A stretch of 64,000 nt of DNA from Antedon mediterranea. Taxonomy: Eukaryota > Animalia > Echinodermata. The position numbers and the translations under genes were made by a program. The notes beneath the pieces were generated by a model that saw only the letters and a list, made by a program, of their open reading frames with translations, made no database searches and was not told the origin of the DNA. The DNA is taken from contig NW_027306095.1 of the NCBI RefSeq assembly GCF_964355755.1, positions 310,001 through 374,000 of the forward strand, given 5' to 3'. This document shows positions 1 through 11,500 of this stretch, piece after piece; position 1 is the stretch's first letter, and every line of letters starts with the position of its first letter.

Positions 1-2193
1 TTTTGTGCCTTTCGATGAAACTTTTCACAAAAAAACATCAAAGTGCACAAAATAGCTTCAAATCGCATTTGCAGACGTTTTAGACCATTTTGTGCATTTC
101 GATGAAACTTTTCACACAAAAACATCAAAGTGCACAAAATTGCTTCAAATCGCATTTGGAGACGTTTTAGACCATTTTGAGCATTTCGATGAAACTTTTC
201 ACACAAAAACGACAAAGTGCACAAAATAGCTTCAAATCGCATTTAGAGACGTTTTAGACCATTTTGTGCATTTCGATGAAACTTTTCACAAAAAAACATC
301 AAAGTGCACAAAATAGCTTCAAATCGCATTTAGAGACGTTTTAGACCATTTTGTGCATTTCGATGAAACTTTTCACACAAAAACATCAAAGTGCACAAAA
401 TAGCTTCAAATCGCATTTAGAGACGTTTTAGACCATTTTGTGCATTTCGATGAAACTTTTCACACAAAAACATCAAAGTGCACAAAATAGCTTCAAATCG
501 CATTTGGAGACGTTTTAGACCATGTTGTGCATTTCGAAAAAACTTGATTACACAAAAACATCAAAGTGCTTAAAATCACATTTGAAACCGTTTTAGACCA
601 TTTTGAGAATTTCGATAAAACTTTTACACAAAACATTAAAGTGCACAAAATAGCTTTAAATCGCATTTGCAGACGTTTTAGACCATTTTGTGCATTTCGA
701 TGAAACTGGATTACACAAAACATCAAAGTGCACAAAATTGCTTCAAATCGCATTTGGAGACGTTTTAGACCATTTTGTGCATTTCGAAAAAACTTTTCAC
801 ACAAAAACGACAAAGTGCACAAAATAGCTTCAAATCACATTTGAAACCGTTTTAGACCATTTTGAGAATTTCGATAAAACTTTTACACAAAACATTAAAG
901 TGCACAAAATAGCTTTAAATCGCATTTGCAGACGTTTTAGACCATTTTGTGCATTTCGATGAAACTTGATTACACAAAAATATCAAAGTGCTTAAAATCA
1001 CATTTGAAACCGTTTTAGACCATTTTGAGCATTTCGATAAAACTTTTCACACAAAACATCAAAGTGCACAAAATAACTTCAAATCGCAATTGGAGACGTT
1101 TTAGACCATTTTGTGCATTTCGATGAAACTTTTCACACAAAAACGACAAAGTGCACAAAATAGCTTCAAATCGCATTTAGAGACGTTTTAGACAATTTTG
1201 TACATTTCGATGAAACTGGATTACACAAAACATCAAAGTGCACAAAATTGCTTCAAATCGCATTTGGAGACGTTTTAGACCATTTTGTGCATTTCGAAAA
1301 AACTTTTCACACAAAAACGACAAAGTGCACAAAATAGCTTCAAATCGCATTTGAAGACGTTTTAGACCATTTTGTGCATTTCGATGAAACTTTTCACACA
1401 AAAACATCAAAGTGCACAAAATTGCTTCAAATCGCATTTGGAGACGTTTTAGACAATTTTGTGCCTTTCGATGAAACTTTTCACACAAAAACGACAAAGT
1501 GCACAAAATAGCTTCAAATCGCATTTGCAGACGTTTTAGACCATTTTGTGCATTTCGATGAAACTTTTCACACAAAAACATCAAAGTGCACAAAATTGCT
1601 TCAAATCGCATTTGGAGACGTTTTAGACCATTTTTAGCATTTCGATGAAACTTTTCACACAAAAACGACAAAGTCCACAAAATAGCTTCAAATCGCATTT
1701 AGAGACGTTTTAGACCATTTTGTGCATTTCGATGAAACTTTTCACAAAAAAACATCAAAGTGCACAAAATAGCTTCAAATCGCATTTAGAGACGTTTTAG
1801 ACCAATTTGTGCATTTCGATGAAACTTTTCACACAAAAACATCAAAGTGCACAAAATAGCTTCAAATCGCATTTAGAGACGTTTTAGACCATTTTGTGCA
1901 TTTCGATGAAACTTTTCAGAAAAAAACATCAAAGTGCACAAAATAGCTTCAAATCGCATTTGGAGACGTTTTAGACCATTTTGAGCATTTCGATGAACCT
2001 TTTCACACAAAAACGACAAAGTGCACAAAATAGCTTCAAATCGCATTTAGAGACGTTTTAGACCATTTTGTGCATTTCGATGAAACTTTTCACACAAAAA
2101 CATCAAAGTGCACAAAATAGCTTCAAATCGCATTTAGAGACGTTTTAGACCATTTTGTGCATTTCGATGAAACTTTTCACACAAAACATTAAA
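1..2193 (-). repeat. 87-bp satellite array, minus-strand block (about 25 monomers, runs off the left edge)
   Basis: The reverse complement of the consensus (…AAAGTGCACAAAATAGCTTCAAATCGCATT…) recurs every 87 bp. The minus-strand ORFs 493-822 and 1177-1698 show the same 29-aa period. Confidence 0.98.
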
Positions 2194-2230
2194 CTTTGAT
2201 GTTTTTTTGTGAAAAGTTTCAACAAAATGC
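2160..2230. other. Strand-switch (inversion) junction forming a near spacer-less imperfect palindrome centred on 2194
   Basis: AAACTTTTCACACAAAACATTAAA-C-TTTGATGTTTTTTTGTGAAAAGTTT. Both arms break at the same monomer position, just after the GTGCAC site. Confidence 0.95.
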
Positions 2231-2941
2231 ACAAAATGGTCTAAAACGTCTCTAAATGCGATTTGAAGCTATTTTGTGCACTTTGATGTTTTTTTGTGAA
2301 AAGTTTCATCGAAATGCACAAAATGGTCTAAAACGTCTCTAAATGCGATTTGAAGCTATTTTGTGCACTTTGTCGTTTTTGTGTGAAAAGTTTCATCGAA
2401 ATGCTCAAAATGGTCTAAAACGTCTCCAAATGCGATTTGAAGCAATTTTGTGCAATTTGATGTTTTTGTGTGATAAGTTTCATCGAAATGCACAAAATGG
2501 TCTAAAACGTCTCCAAATGCGATTTGAAGCTATTTTGTGCACTTTGATGTTTTTTTGTGAAAAGTTTCATCGAAATGCACAAAATTGTCTAAAACGTCTC
2601 TAAATCCGATTTGAAGCTATTTTGTGCACTTTGTCGTTTTTGTGTGAAAAGTTTCATCGAAATGCTCAAAATGGTCTAAAACGTCTCCAAATGCGATTTG
2701 AAGCAATTTTGTGCACTTTGATGTTTTTGTGTGAAAAGTTTCATCGAAATGCACAAAATGGTCTAAAACGTCTGCAAAAGCGATTTGAAGCTATTTTGTG
2801 CACTTTGTCGTTTTTGTGTGAAAAGTTTTTTCGAAATGCACAAAATGGTCTAAAACGTCTCCAATTGCGATTTGAAGTTATTTTGTGCACTTTGGTGTTT
2901 TGTGTGAAAAGTTTTATCGAAATGCTCAAAATCGTCTAAAA

Positions 2942-3105
2942 CGGTTTCAATTGTGATTTTAAGCACTTTGATATTTTTGTGTAATCAAGTTTCATCGAAA
3001 TGCACAAAATGGTCTAAAACGTCTGCAAATGCGATTTAAAGCTATTTTGTGCACTTTAATGTTTTGTGTGAAAAGTTTTATCGAAATTCTCAAAATGGTC
3101 TAAAA
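2942..3105 (+). repeat. 164-bp dimer of variant monomers (78 + 86 bp), example copy
   Basis: The head CGGTTTCAAATGTGATTTTAAGCAC lacks TATTTTGTGC and is followed by GTGTAATCAAG. CGGTTTC recurs at 2942 and 3106. Confidence 0.9.
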
Positions 3106-3386
3106 CGGTTTCAAATGTGATTTTAAGCACTTTGAGGTTTTTGTGTAATCAAGTTTCATCGAAATGCACAAAATGGTTTAAAACGTCTGCAAATGCGATT
3201 TGAAGCTATTTTGTGCACTTTGATGTTTTTGTGTGAAAAGTTTCATCGAAATGCACAAAATTGTCTAAAACGTCTCCAAATACGATATTAAGCTATTGTA
3301 TGCACTTTGATGTTTTTGAGTGAAAAGTTTTTTCGAAATGCACAAAATGGTCTAAAACGTCTCCCAATGCGATTTGGAGCTCTTTT

Positions 3387-3424
3387 GTGCACTTTGATGT
3401 TTTGTGTAAAAAGTTTGCTATTTT
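3387..3424 (+). repeat. 38-bp truncated monomer (example of about 40 copies)
   Basis: GTGCAC sites at 3387 and 3425 are 38 bp apart. The junction AAAAAGTTT|GCTATTTT is at 3416/3417. Confidence 0.92.
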
Positions 3425-3668
3425 GTGCACTTTAATGTTTTGTGTGAAAAGTTTTATCGAAATGCTCAAAATTGTCTAAAACGGTTTCAAATGTGATTTT
3501 AAGCACTTTGATATTTTTGTGTAATCAAGTTTTTTCGAAATGCACAACATGGTCTAAAACGTCTCCAAATGCGATTTGAAGCTATTTTGTGCACTTTGAT
3601 GTTTTTGTGTGAAAAGTTTCATCGAAATACACAAAATGGTCTAAAACGTCTCTAAATGCGATTTGAAG

Positions 3669-3726
3669 CTATTTTGTGCACTTTGATGTTTTTGTGTGAA
3701 AAGTTTCATCGAAATGCACAAAATGG
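3669..3726. repeat. Intra-monomer 20-bp imperfect inverted repeat (example copy; present in every canonical monomer)
   Basis: CTATTTTGTGCACTTTGATG (3669-3688) versus CATCGAAATGCACAAAATGG (3707-3726; reverse complement CCATTTTGTGCATTTCGATG) match at 17/20. The core ATTTTGTGCA/TGCACAAAAT is a perfect 10-bp match and the loop is 18 nt. Confidence 0.95.
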
Positions 3727-6700
3727 TCTAAAACGTCTCTAAATGCGATTTCAAGCTATTTTGTGCACTTTGATGTTTTTGTGTGAAAAGTTTCATCGAA
3801 ATGCACAAAATTGTCTTAAACGTCTCCAAATACGATATTAAGCTATTGTATGCACTTTGTTGTTTTTGAGTGAAAAGTTTTTTCGAAATGCACAAAATTG
3901 TCTAAAACGTCCCCAAATGCGATTTGGAGCTCTTTTGTGCACTTTGATGTTTTGTGTAAAAAGTTTGCTATTTTGTGCACTTTAATGTTTTGTGTGAAAA
4001 GTTTTATCGAAATGCTCAAAATTGTCTAAAACGGTTTCAAATGTGATTTTAAGCACTTTGATATTTTTGTGTAATCAAGTTTTTTCGAAATGCACAACAT
4101 GGTCTAAAACGTCTCCAAATGCGATTTGAAGCTATTTTGTGCACTTTGATGTTTTTGTGTGAAAAGTTTCATCGAAATGCACAAAATGGTCTAAAACGTC
4201 TCTAAATGCGATTTGAAGCTATTTTGTGCACTTTGTCGTTTTTGTGTGAAAAGTTTTTTCGAAATGCACAAAATGGTCTAAAACGTCTCCAATTGCGATT
4301 TGAAGTTATTTTGTGCACTTTGATGTTTTGTGTGAAAAGTTTTATCGAAATGCTCAAAATGGTCTAAAACGGTTTCAAATGTGATTTTAAGCACTTTGAT
4401 GTTTTTGTGTAATCAAGTTTCATCGAAATGCACAAAATGGTTTAAAACGTCTGCAAATGCGATTTGAAGCTATTTTGTGCACTTTGATGTTTTTGTGTGA
4501 AAAGTTTCATCGAAATGCACAAAATTGTCTAAAACGTCTCCAAATTCGATATTAAGCTATTATATGCACTTTGATGTTTTTGAGTGAAAAGTTTTTTCGA
4601 AATGCACAAAATGTTCTAAAACGTCTCCAAATGCCATTTGGAGCTCTTTTGTGCACTTTAATTTTTTTTGTGTAAAAGTTTTCTATTTTGTGCACTTTTA
4701 ATGTTTTGTGTGAAAAGTTTTATCGAAATGCTCAAAATTGTCTAAAACGGTTTCAAATGTGATTTTAAGCACTTTGATATTTTTGTGTAATCAAGTTTTT
4801 TCGAAATGCACAACATGGTCTAAAACGTCTCCAAATGCGATTTGAAGCTATTTTGTGCACTTTGATGTTTTTTTGTGAAAAGTTTCATCGAAATGCACAA
4901 AATGGTCTAAAACGTCTGCAAATGCGATTTGAAGCTATTTTATGCACTTTGATGTTTTTTTGTGAAAAGTTTCATCGAAAGGCACAAAATTGTCTAAAAC
5001 GTCTCTAAATGCGATTTGAAGCTATTTTGTGCACTTTGTCGTTTTTGTGTGAGAAGTTTCATCGAAATGCTCAAAATGGTCTAAAACGTCTCCAAATGCG
5101 ATTTGAAGCAATTTTGTGCACTTTGATGTTTTTGTGTGAAAAGTTTCATCGAAATTCACAAAATGGTCTAAAACGTCTGCAAATGCGATTTGAAGCTATT
5201 TTGTGCACTTTGTCGTTTTTGTGTGAAAAGTTTTTTCGAAATGCACAAAATGGTTGGTCTAAAACGTCTCCAAATGCGATTTGAAGCAATTTTGTGCACT
5301 TTGATGTTTTGTGTAATCCAGTTTCATCGCAATGTACAAAATTGTCTGAAACGTCTCTAAATGCGATTTGAAGCTATTTTGTGCACCTTGTCGTTTTTGT
5401 GTGAAAAGTTTCATCGAAATGCACAAAATGGTCTAAAACGTCTCCAATTGCGATTTGAAGTTATTTTGTGCACTTTGATGTTTTGTGTGAAAAGTTTTAT
5501 CGAAATGCTCAAAATGGTCTAAAACGGTTTCAAATGTGATTTTAAGCACTTTGATGTTTTTGTGTAATCAAGTTTCATCGAAATGCACAAAATGGTTTAA
5601 AACGTCTGCAAATGCGATTTGAAGCTATTTTGTGCACTTTGATGTTTTTGTGTGAAAAGTTTCATCGAAATGCACAAAATTGTCTAAAACGTCTCCAAAT
5701 ACGATATTAAGCTATTGTATGCACTTTGATGTTTTTGAGTGAAAAGTTTTTTCGAAATGCACAAAATGGTCTAAAACGTCTCCCAATGCGATTTGGAGCT
5801 CTTTTGTGCACTTTGATGTTTTGTGTAAAAAGTTTGCTATTTTGTGCACTTTAATGTTTTGTGTGAAAAGTTTTATCGAAATGCTCAAAATTGTCTAAAA
5901 CGGTTTCAAATGTGATTTTAAGCACTTTGATATTTTTGTGTAATCAAGTTTTTTCGAAATGCACAACATGGTCTAAAACGTCTCCAAATGCGATTTGAAG
6001 CTATTTTGTGCACTTTGATGTTTTTGTGTGAAAAGTTTCATCGAAATACACAAAATGGTCTAAAACGTCTCTAAATGCGATTTGAAGCTATTTTGTGCAC
6101 TTTGATGTTTTTGTGTGAAAAGTTTCATCGAAATGCACAAAATGGTCTAAAACGTCTCTAAATGCGATTTCAAGCTATTTTGTGCACTTTGATGTTTTTG
6201 TGTGAAAAGTTTCATCGAAATGCACAAAATTGTCTTAAACGTCTCCAAATACGATATTAAGCTATTGTATGCACTTTGTTGTTTTTGAGTGAAAAGTTTT
6301 TTCGAAATGCACAAAATTGTCTAAAACGTCCCCAAATGCGATTTGGAGCTCTTTTGTGCACTTTGATGTTTTGTGTAAAAAGTTTGCTATTTTGTGCACT
6401 TTAATGTTTTGTGTGAAAAGTTTTATCGAAATGCTCAAAATTGTCTAAAACGGTTTCAAATGTGATTTTAAGCACTTTGATATTTTTGTGTAATCAAGTT
6501 TTTTCGAAATGCACAACATGGTCTAAAACGTCTCCAAATGCGATTTGAAGCTATTTTGTGCACTTTGATGTTTTTGTGTGAAAAGTTTCATCGAAATGCA
6601 CAAAATGGTCTAAAACGTCTCTAAATGCGATTTGAAGCTATTTTGTGCACTTTGTCGTTTTTGTGTGAAAAGTTTTTTCGAAATGCACAAAATGGTCTAA

Positions 6701-8569
6701 AACGTCTCCAATTGCGATTTGAAGTTATTTTGTGCACTTTGATGTTTTGTGTGAAAAGTTTTATCGAAATGCTCAAAATGGTCTAAAACGGTTTCAAATG
6801 TGATTTTAAGCACTTTGATGTTTTTGTGTAATCAAGTTTCATCGAAATGCACAAAATGGTTTAAAACGTCTGCAAATGCGATTTGAAGCTATTTTGTGCA
6901 CTTTGATGTTTTTGTGTGAAAAGTTTCATCGAAATGCACAAAATTGTCTAAAACGTCTCCAAATTCGATATTAAGCTATTATATGCACTTTGATGTTTTT
7001 GAGTGAAAAGTTTTTTCGAAATGCACAAAATGTTCTAAAACGTCTCCAAATGCCATTTGGAGCTCTTTTGTGCACTTTAATTTTTTTTGTGTAAAAGTTT
7101 TCTATTTTGTGCACTTTTAATGTTTTGTGTGAAAAGTTTTATCGAAATGCTCAAAATTGTCTAAAACGGTTTCAAATGTGATTTTAAGCACTTTGATATT
7201 TTTGTGTAATCAAGTTTTTTCGAAATGCACAACATGGTCTAAAACGTCTCCAAATGCGATTTGAAGCTATTTTGTGCACTTTGATGTTTTTTTGTGAAAA
7301 GTTTCATCGAAATGCACAAAATGGTCTAAAACGTCTGCAAATGCGATTTGAAGCTATTTTATGCACTTTGATGTTTTTTTGTGAAAAGTTTCATCGAAAG
7401 GCACAAAATTGTCTAAAACGTCTCTAAATGCGATTTGAAGCTATTTTGTGCACTTTGTCGTTTTTGTGTGAAAAGTTTCATCGAAATGCTCAAAATGGTC
7501 TAAAACGTCTCCAAATGCGATTTGAAGCAATTTTGTGCACTTTGATGTTTTTGTGTGAAAAGTTTCATCGAAATGCACAAAATGGTCTAAAACGTCTGCA
7601 AATGCGATTTGAAGCTATTTTGTGCACTTTGTCGTTTTTGTGTGAAAAGTTTTTTCGAAATGCACAAAATGGTTGGTCTAAAACGTCTCCAAATGCGATT
7701 TGAAGCAATTTTGTGCACTTTGATGTTTTGTGTAATCCAGTTTCATCGCAATGTACAAAATTGTCTAAAACGTCTCTAAATGCGATTTGAAGCTATTTTG
7801 TGCACCTTGTCGTTTTTGTGTGAAAAGTTTCATCGAAATGCACAAAATGGTCTAAAACGTCTCCAATTGCGATTTGAAGTTATTTTGTGCACTTTGATGT
7901 TTTGTGTGAAAAGTTTTATCGAAATGCTCAAAATGGTCTAAAACGGTTTCAAATGTGATTTTAAGCACTTTGATATTTTTGTGTAATCAAGTTTCATCGA
8001 AATTCACAAAATGGTCTAAAACGTCTGCAAATGCGATTTAAAGCTATTTTGTGCACTTTAATGTTTTGTGTGAAAAGTTTTATCGAAATTCTCAAAATGG
8101 TCTAAAACGGTTTCAAATGTGATTTTAAGCACTTTGATGTTTTTGTGTAATCAAGTTTCATCGAAATGCACTAAATGGTTTAAAACGTCTGCAATTGCGA
8201 TTTGAAGCTATTTTGTGCACTTTGATGTTTTTGTGTGAAAAGTTTCATCGAAATGCCCAAAATTGTCTAAAACGTCTCCAAATACGATATTAAGCTATTG
8301 TATGCACTTTGATGTTTTTGAGTGAAAAGTTTTTTCGAAATGCACAAAATGGTCTAAAACGTCTCCAAATGCGATTTGGAGCTCTTTTGTGCACTTTGAT
8401 GTTTTGTGTAAAAAGTTTGCTATTTTGTGCACTTTAATGTTTTGTGTGAAAAGTTTTATCGAAATGCTCAAAATTGTCTAAAACGGTTTCAAATGTGATT
8501 TTAAGCACTTTGATATTTTTGTGTAATCAAGTTTTTTCGAAACGCACAACATGGTCTAAAACGTCTCTA

Positions 8570-11500
8570 AATGCGATTTGAAGCTATTTTGTGCACTTTG
8601 ATGTTTTTTTGTGAAAAGTTTCATCGAAATGCACAAAATGGTCTAAAACGTCTCTAAATGCGATTTGAAGCTATTTTGTGCACTTTGTCGTTTTTGTGTG
8701 AAAAGTTTCATCGAAATGCTCAAAATGGTCTAAAACGTCTCCAAATGCGATTTGAAGCAATTTTGTGCAATTTGATGTTTTTGTGTGAAAAGTTTCATCG
8801 AAATGCACAAAATGGTCTAAAACGTCTGCAAATGCGATTTGAAGCTATTTTGTGCACTTTGATGTTTTTGTGTGAAAAGTTTCATCGAAATGCACAAAAT
8901 TGTCTAAAACGTCTCCAAATACGATATTAAGCTATTGTATGCACTTTGATGTTTTTGAGTGAAAAGTTTTTTCGAAATGCACAAAATGGTCTAAAACGTC
9001 TCCAAATGCGATTTGGAGCTCTTTTGTGCACTTTGATGTTTTGTGTAAAAAGTTTGCTATTTTGTGCACTTTAATGTTTTGTGTGAAAAGTTTTATCGAA
9101 ATGCTCAAAATTGTCTAAAACGGTTTCAAATGTGATTTTAAGCACTTTGATATTTTTGTGTAATCAAGTTTTTTCGAAACGCACAACATGGTCTAAAACG
9201 TCTCTAAATGCGATTTGAAGCTATTTTGTGCACTTTGATGTTTTTTTGTGAAAAGTTTCATCGAAATGCACAAAATGGTCTAAAACGTCTCTAAATGCGA
9301 TTTGAAGCTATTTTGTGCACTTTGTCGTTTTTGTGTGAAAAGTTTCATCGAAATGCTCAAAATGGTCTAAAACGTCTCCAAATGCGATTTGAAGCAATTT
9401 TGTGCAATTTGATGTTTTTGTGTGAAAAGTTTCATCGAAATGCATAAAATGGTCTAAAACGTCTGCAAATGCGATTTGAAGCTATTTTGTGCACTTTGAT
9501 GTTTTTTTGTGAAAAGTTTCATCGAAATGCACAAAATTGTCTAAAACGTCTCTAAATGCGATTTGAAGCTATTTTGTGCACTTTGTCGTTTTTGTGTGAA
9601 AAGTTTCATCGAAATGCTCAAAATGGTCTAAAACGTCTCCAAATGCGATTTGAAGCAATTTTGTGCACTTTGATGTTTTTGTGTGAAAAGTTTCATCGAA
9701 ATGCACAAAATGGTCTAAAACGTCTGCAAATGCGATTTGAAGCTATTTTGTGCACTTTGTCGTTTTTGTGTGAAAAGTTTTTTCGAAATGCACAAAATGG
9801 TCTAAAACGTCTCCAATTGCGATTTGAAGTTATTTTGTGCACTTTGATGTTTTGTGTGAAAAGTTTTATCGAAATGCTCAAAATGGTCTAAAACGGTTTC
9901 AAATGTGATTTTAAGCACTTTGATATTTTTGTGTAATCAAGTTTCATCGAAATGCACAAAATGGTCTAAAACGTCTGCAAATGCGATTTAAAGCTATTTT
10001 GTGCACTTTAATGTTTTGTGTGAAAAGTTTTATCAAAATTCTCAAAATTGTCTAAAACGGTTTCAAATGTGATTTTAAGCACTTTGATGTTTTTGTGTAA
10101 TCAAGTTTCATCGAAATGCACTAAATGGTTTAAAACGTCTGCAAATGCGATTTGAAGCTATTTTGTGCACTTTGAAGTTTTTGTGTGAAAAGTTTCATCG
10201 AAATGCACAAAATTGTCTAAAACGTCTCCAAATACGATATTAAGCTATTGTATGCACTTTGATGTTTTTGAGTGAAAAGTTTTTTCGAAATGCACAAAAG
10301 GGTCTAAAACGTCTCCAAATGCGATTTGGAGCTCTTTTGTGCACTTTGATGTTTTGTGTAAAAAGTTTGCTATTTTGTGCACTTTAATGTTTTGTGTGAA
10401 AAGTTTTATCGAAATGCTCAAAATTGTCTAAAACGGTTTCAAATGTGATTTTAAGCACTTTGATATTTTTGTGTAATCAAGTTTTTTCGAAATGCAAAAC
10501 ATGGTCTAAAACGTCTCCAAATGCGATTTGAAGCTATTTTGTGCACTTTGATGTTTTTGTGTGAAAAGTTTCATCGAAATGCACAAAATGGTCTAAAACG
10601 TCTCTAAATGCGATTTGAAGCTATTTTGTGCACTTTGATGTTTTTGTGTGAAAAGTTTCATCGAAATGCACAAAATGGTCTAAAACGTCTCTAAATGCGA
10701 TTTGAAGCTATTTTGTGCACTTTGTCGTTTTTGTGTGAAAAGTTTCATCGAAATGCTCAAAATGGTCTAAAACGTCTCCAAATGCGATTTGAAGCTATTT
10801 TGTGCACTTTGATGTTTTTTTGTGAAAAGTTTCATCGAAATGCACAAAATGGTCTAAAACGTCTCTAAATGCGATTTGAAGCTGTTTTGTGCACTTTGAT
10901 GTTTTTGTGTGAAAAGTTTCATCGAAATGCACAAAATGGTCTAAAACGTCTCTAAATGCGATTTGAAGCTATTTTGTGCACTTTGATGTTTTTTTGTGAA
11001 AAGTTTCATCGAAATGCACAAAATGGTCTAAAACGTCTCTAAATGCGATTTGAAGCTATTTTGTGCACTTTGTCGTTTTTGTGTGAAAAGTTTCATCGAA
11101 ATGCTCAAAATGGTCTAAAACGTCTCCAAATGCGATTTGAAGCAATTTTGTGCAATTTGATGTTTTTGTGTGAAAAGTTTCATCGAAATGCACAAAATGG
11201 TCTAAAACGTCTCCAAATGCGATTTGAAGCTATTTTGTGCACTTTGATGTTTTTTTGTGAAAAGTTACATCGAAATGCACAAAATTGTCTAAAACGTCTC
11301 TAAATCCGATTTGAAGCTATTTTGTGCACTTTGTCGTTTTTGTGTGAAAAGTTTCATCGAAATGCTCAAAATGGTCTAAAACGTCTCCAAATGCGATTTG
11401 AAGCAATTTTGTGCACTTTGATGTTTTTGTGTGAAAAGTTTCATCGAAATGCACAAAATGGTCTAAAACGTCTGCAAATGCGATTTGAAGCTATTTTGTG

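Larger units (their letters stand above)
3090..7970 (+). repeat. Tandem duplication, 2419-bp unit x2
   Basis: Private markers share the offset of 2419: CTCCCAAT (3363/5782), the GGTTGGTC insertion (about 5252/7671) and ORFs 5009/7428. Confidence 0.88.

Noticed and set aside
3669-3726. Rho-independent terminator or tRNA-like structure
   Set aside because: The stem is AT-rich with no following U-tract or upstream gene, and there is no cloverleaf or recognisable A/B box.
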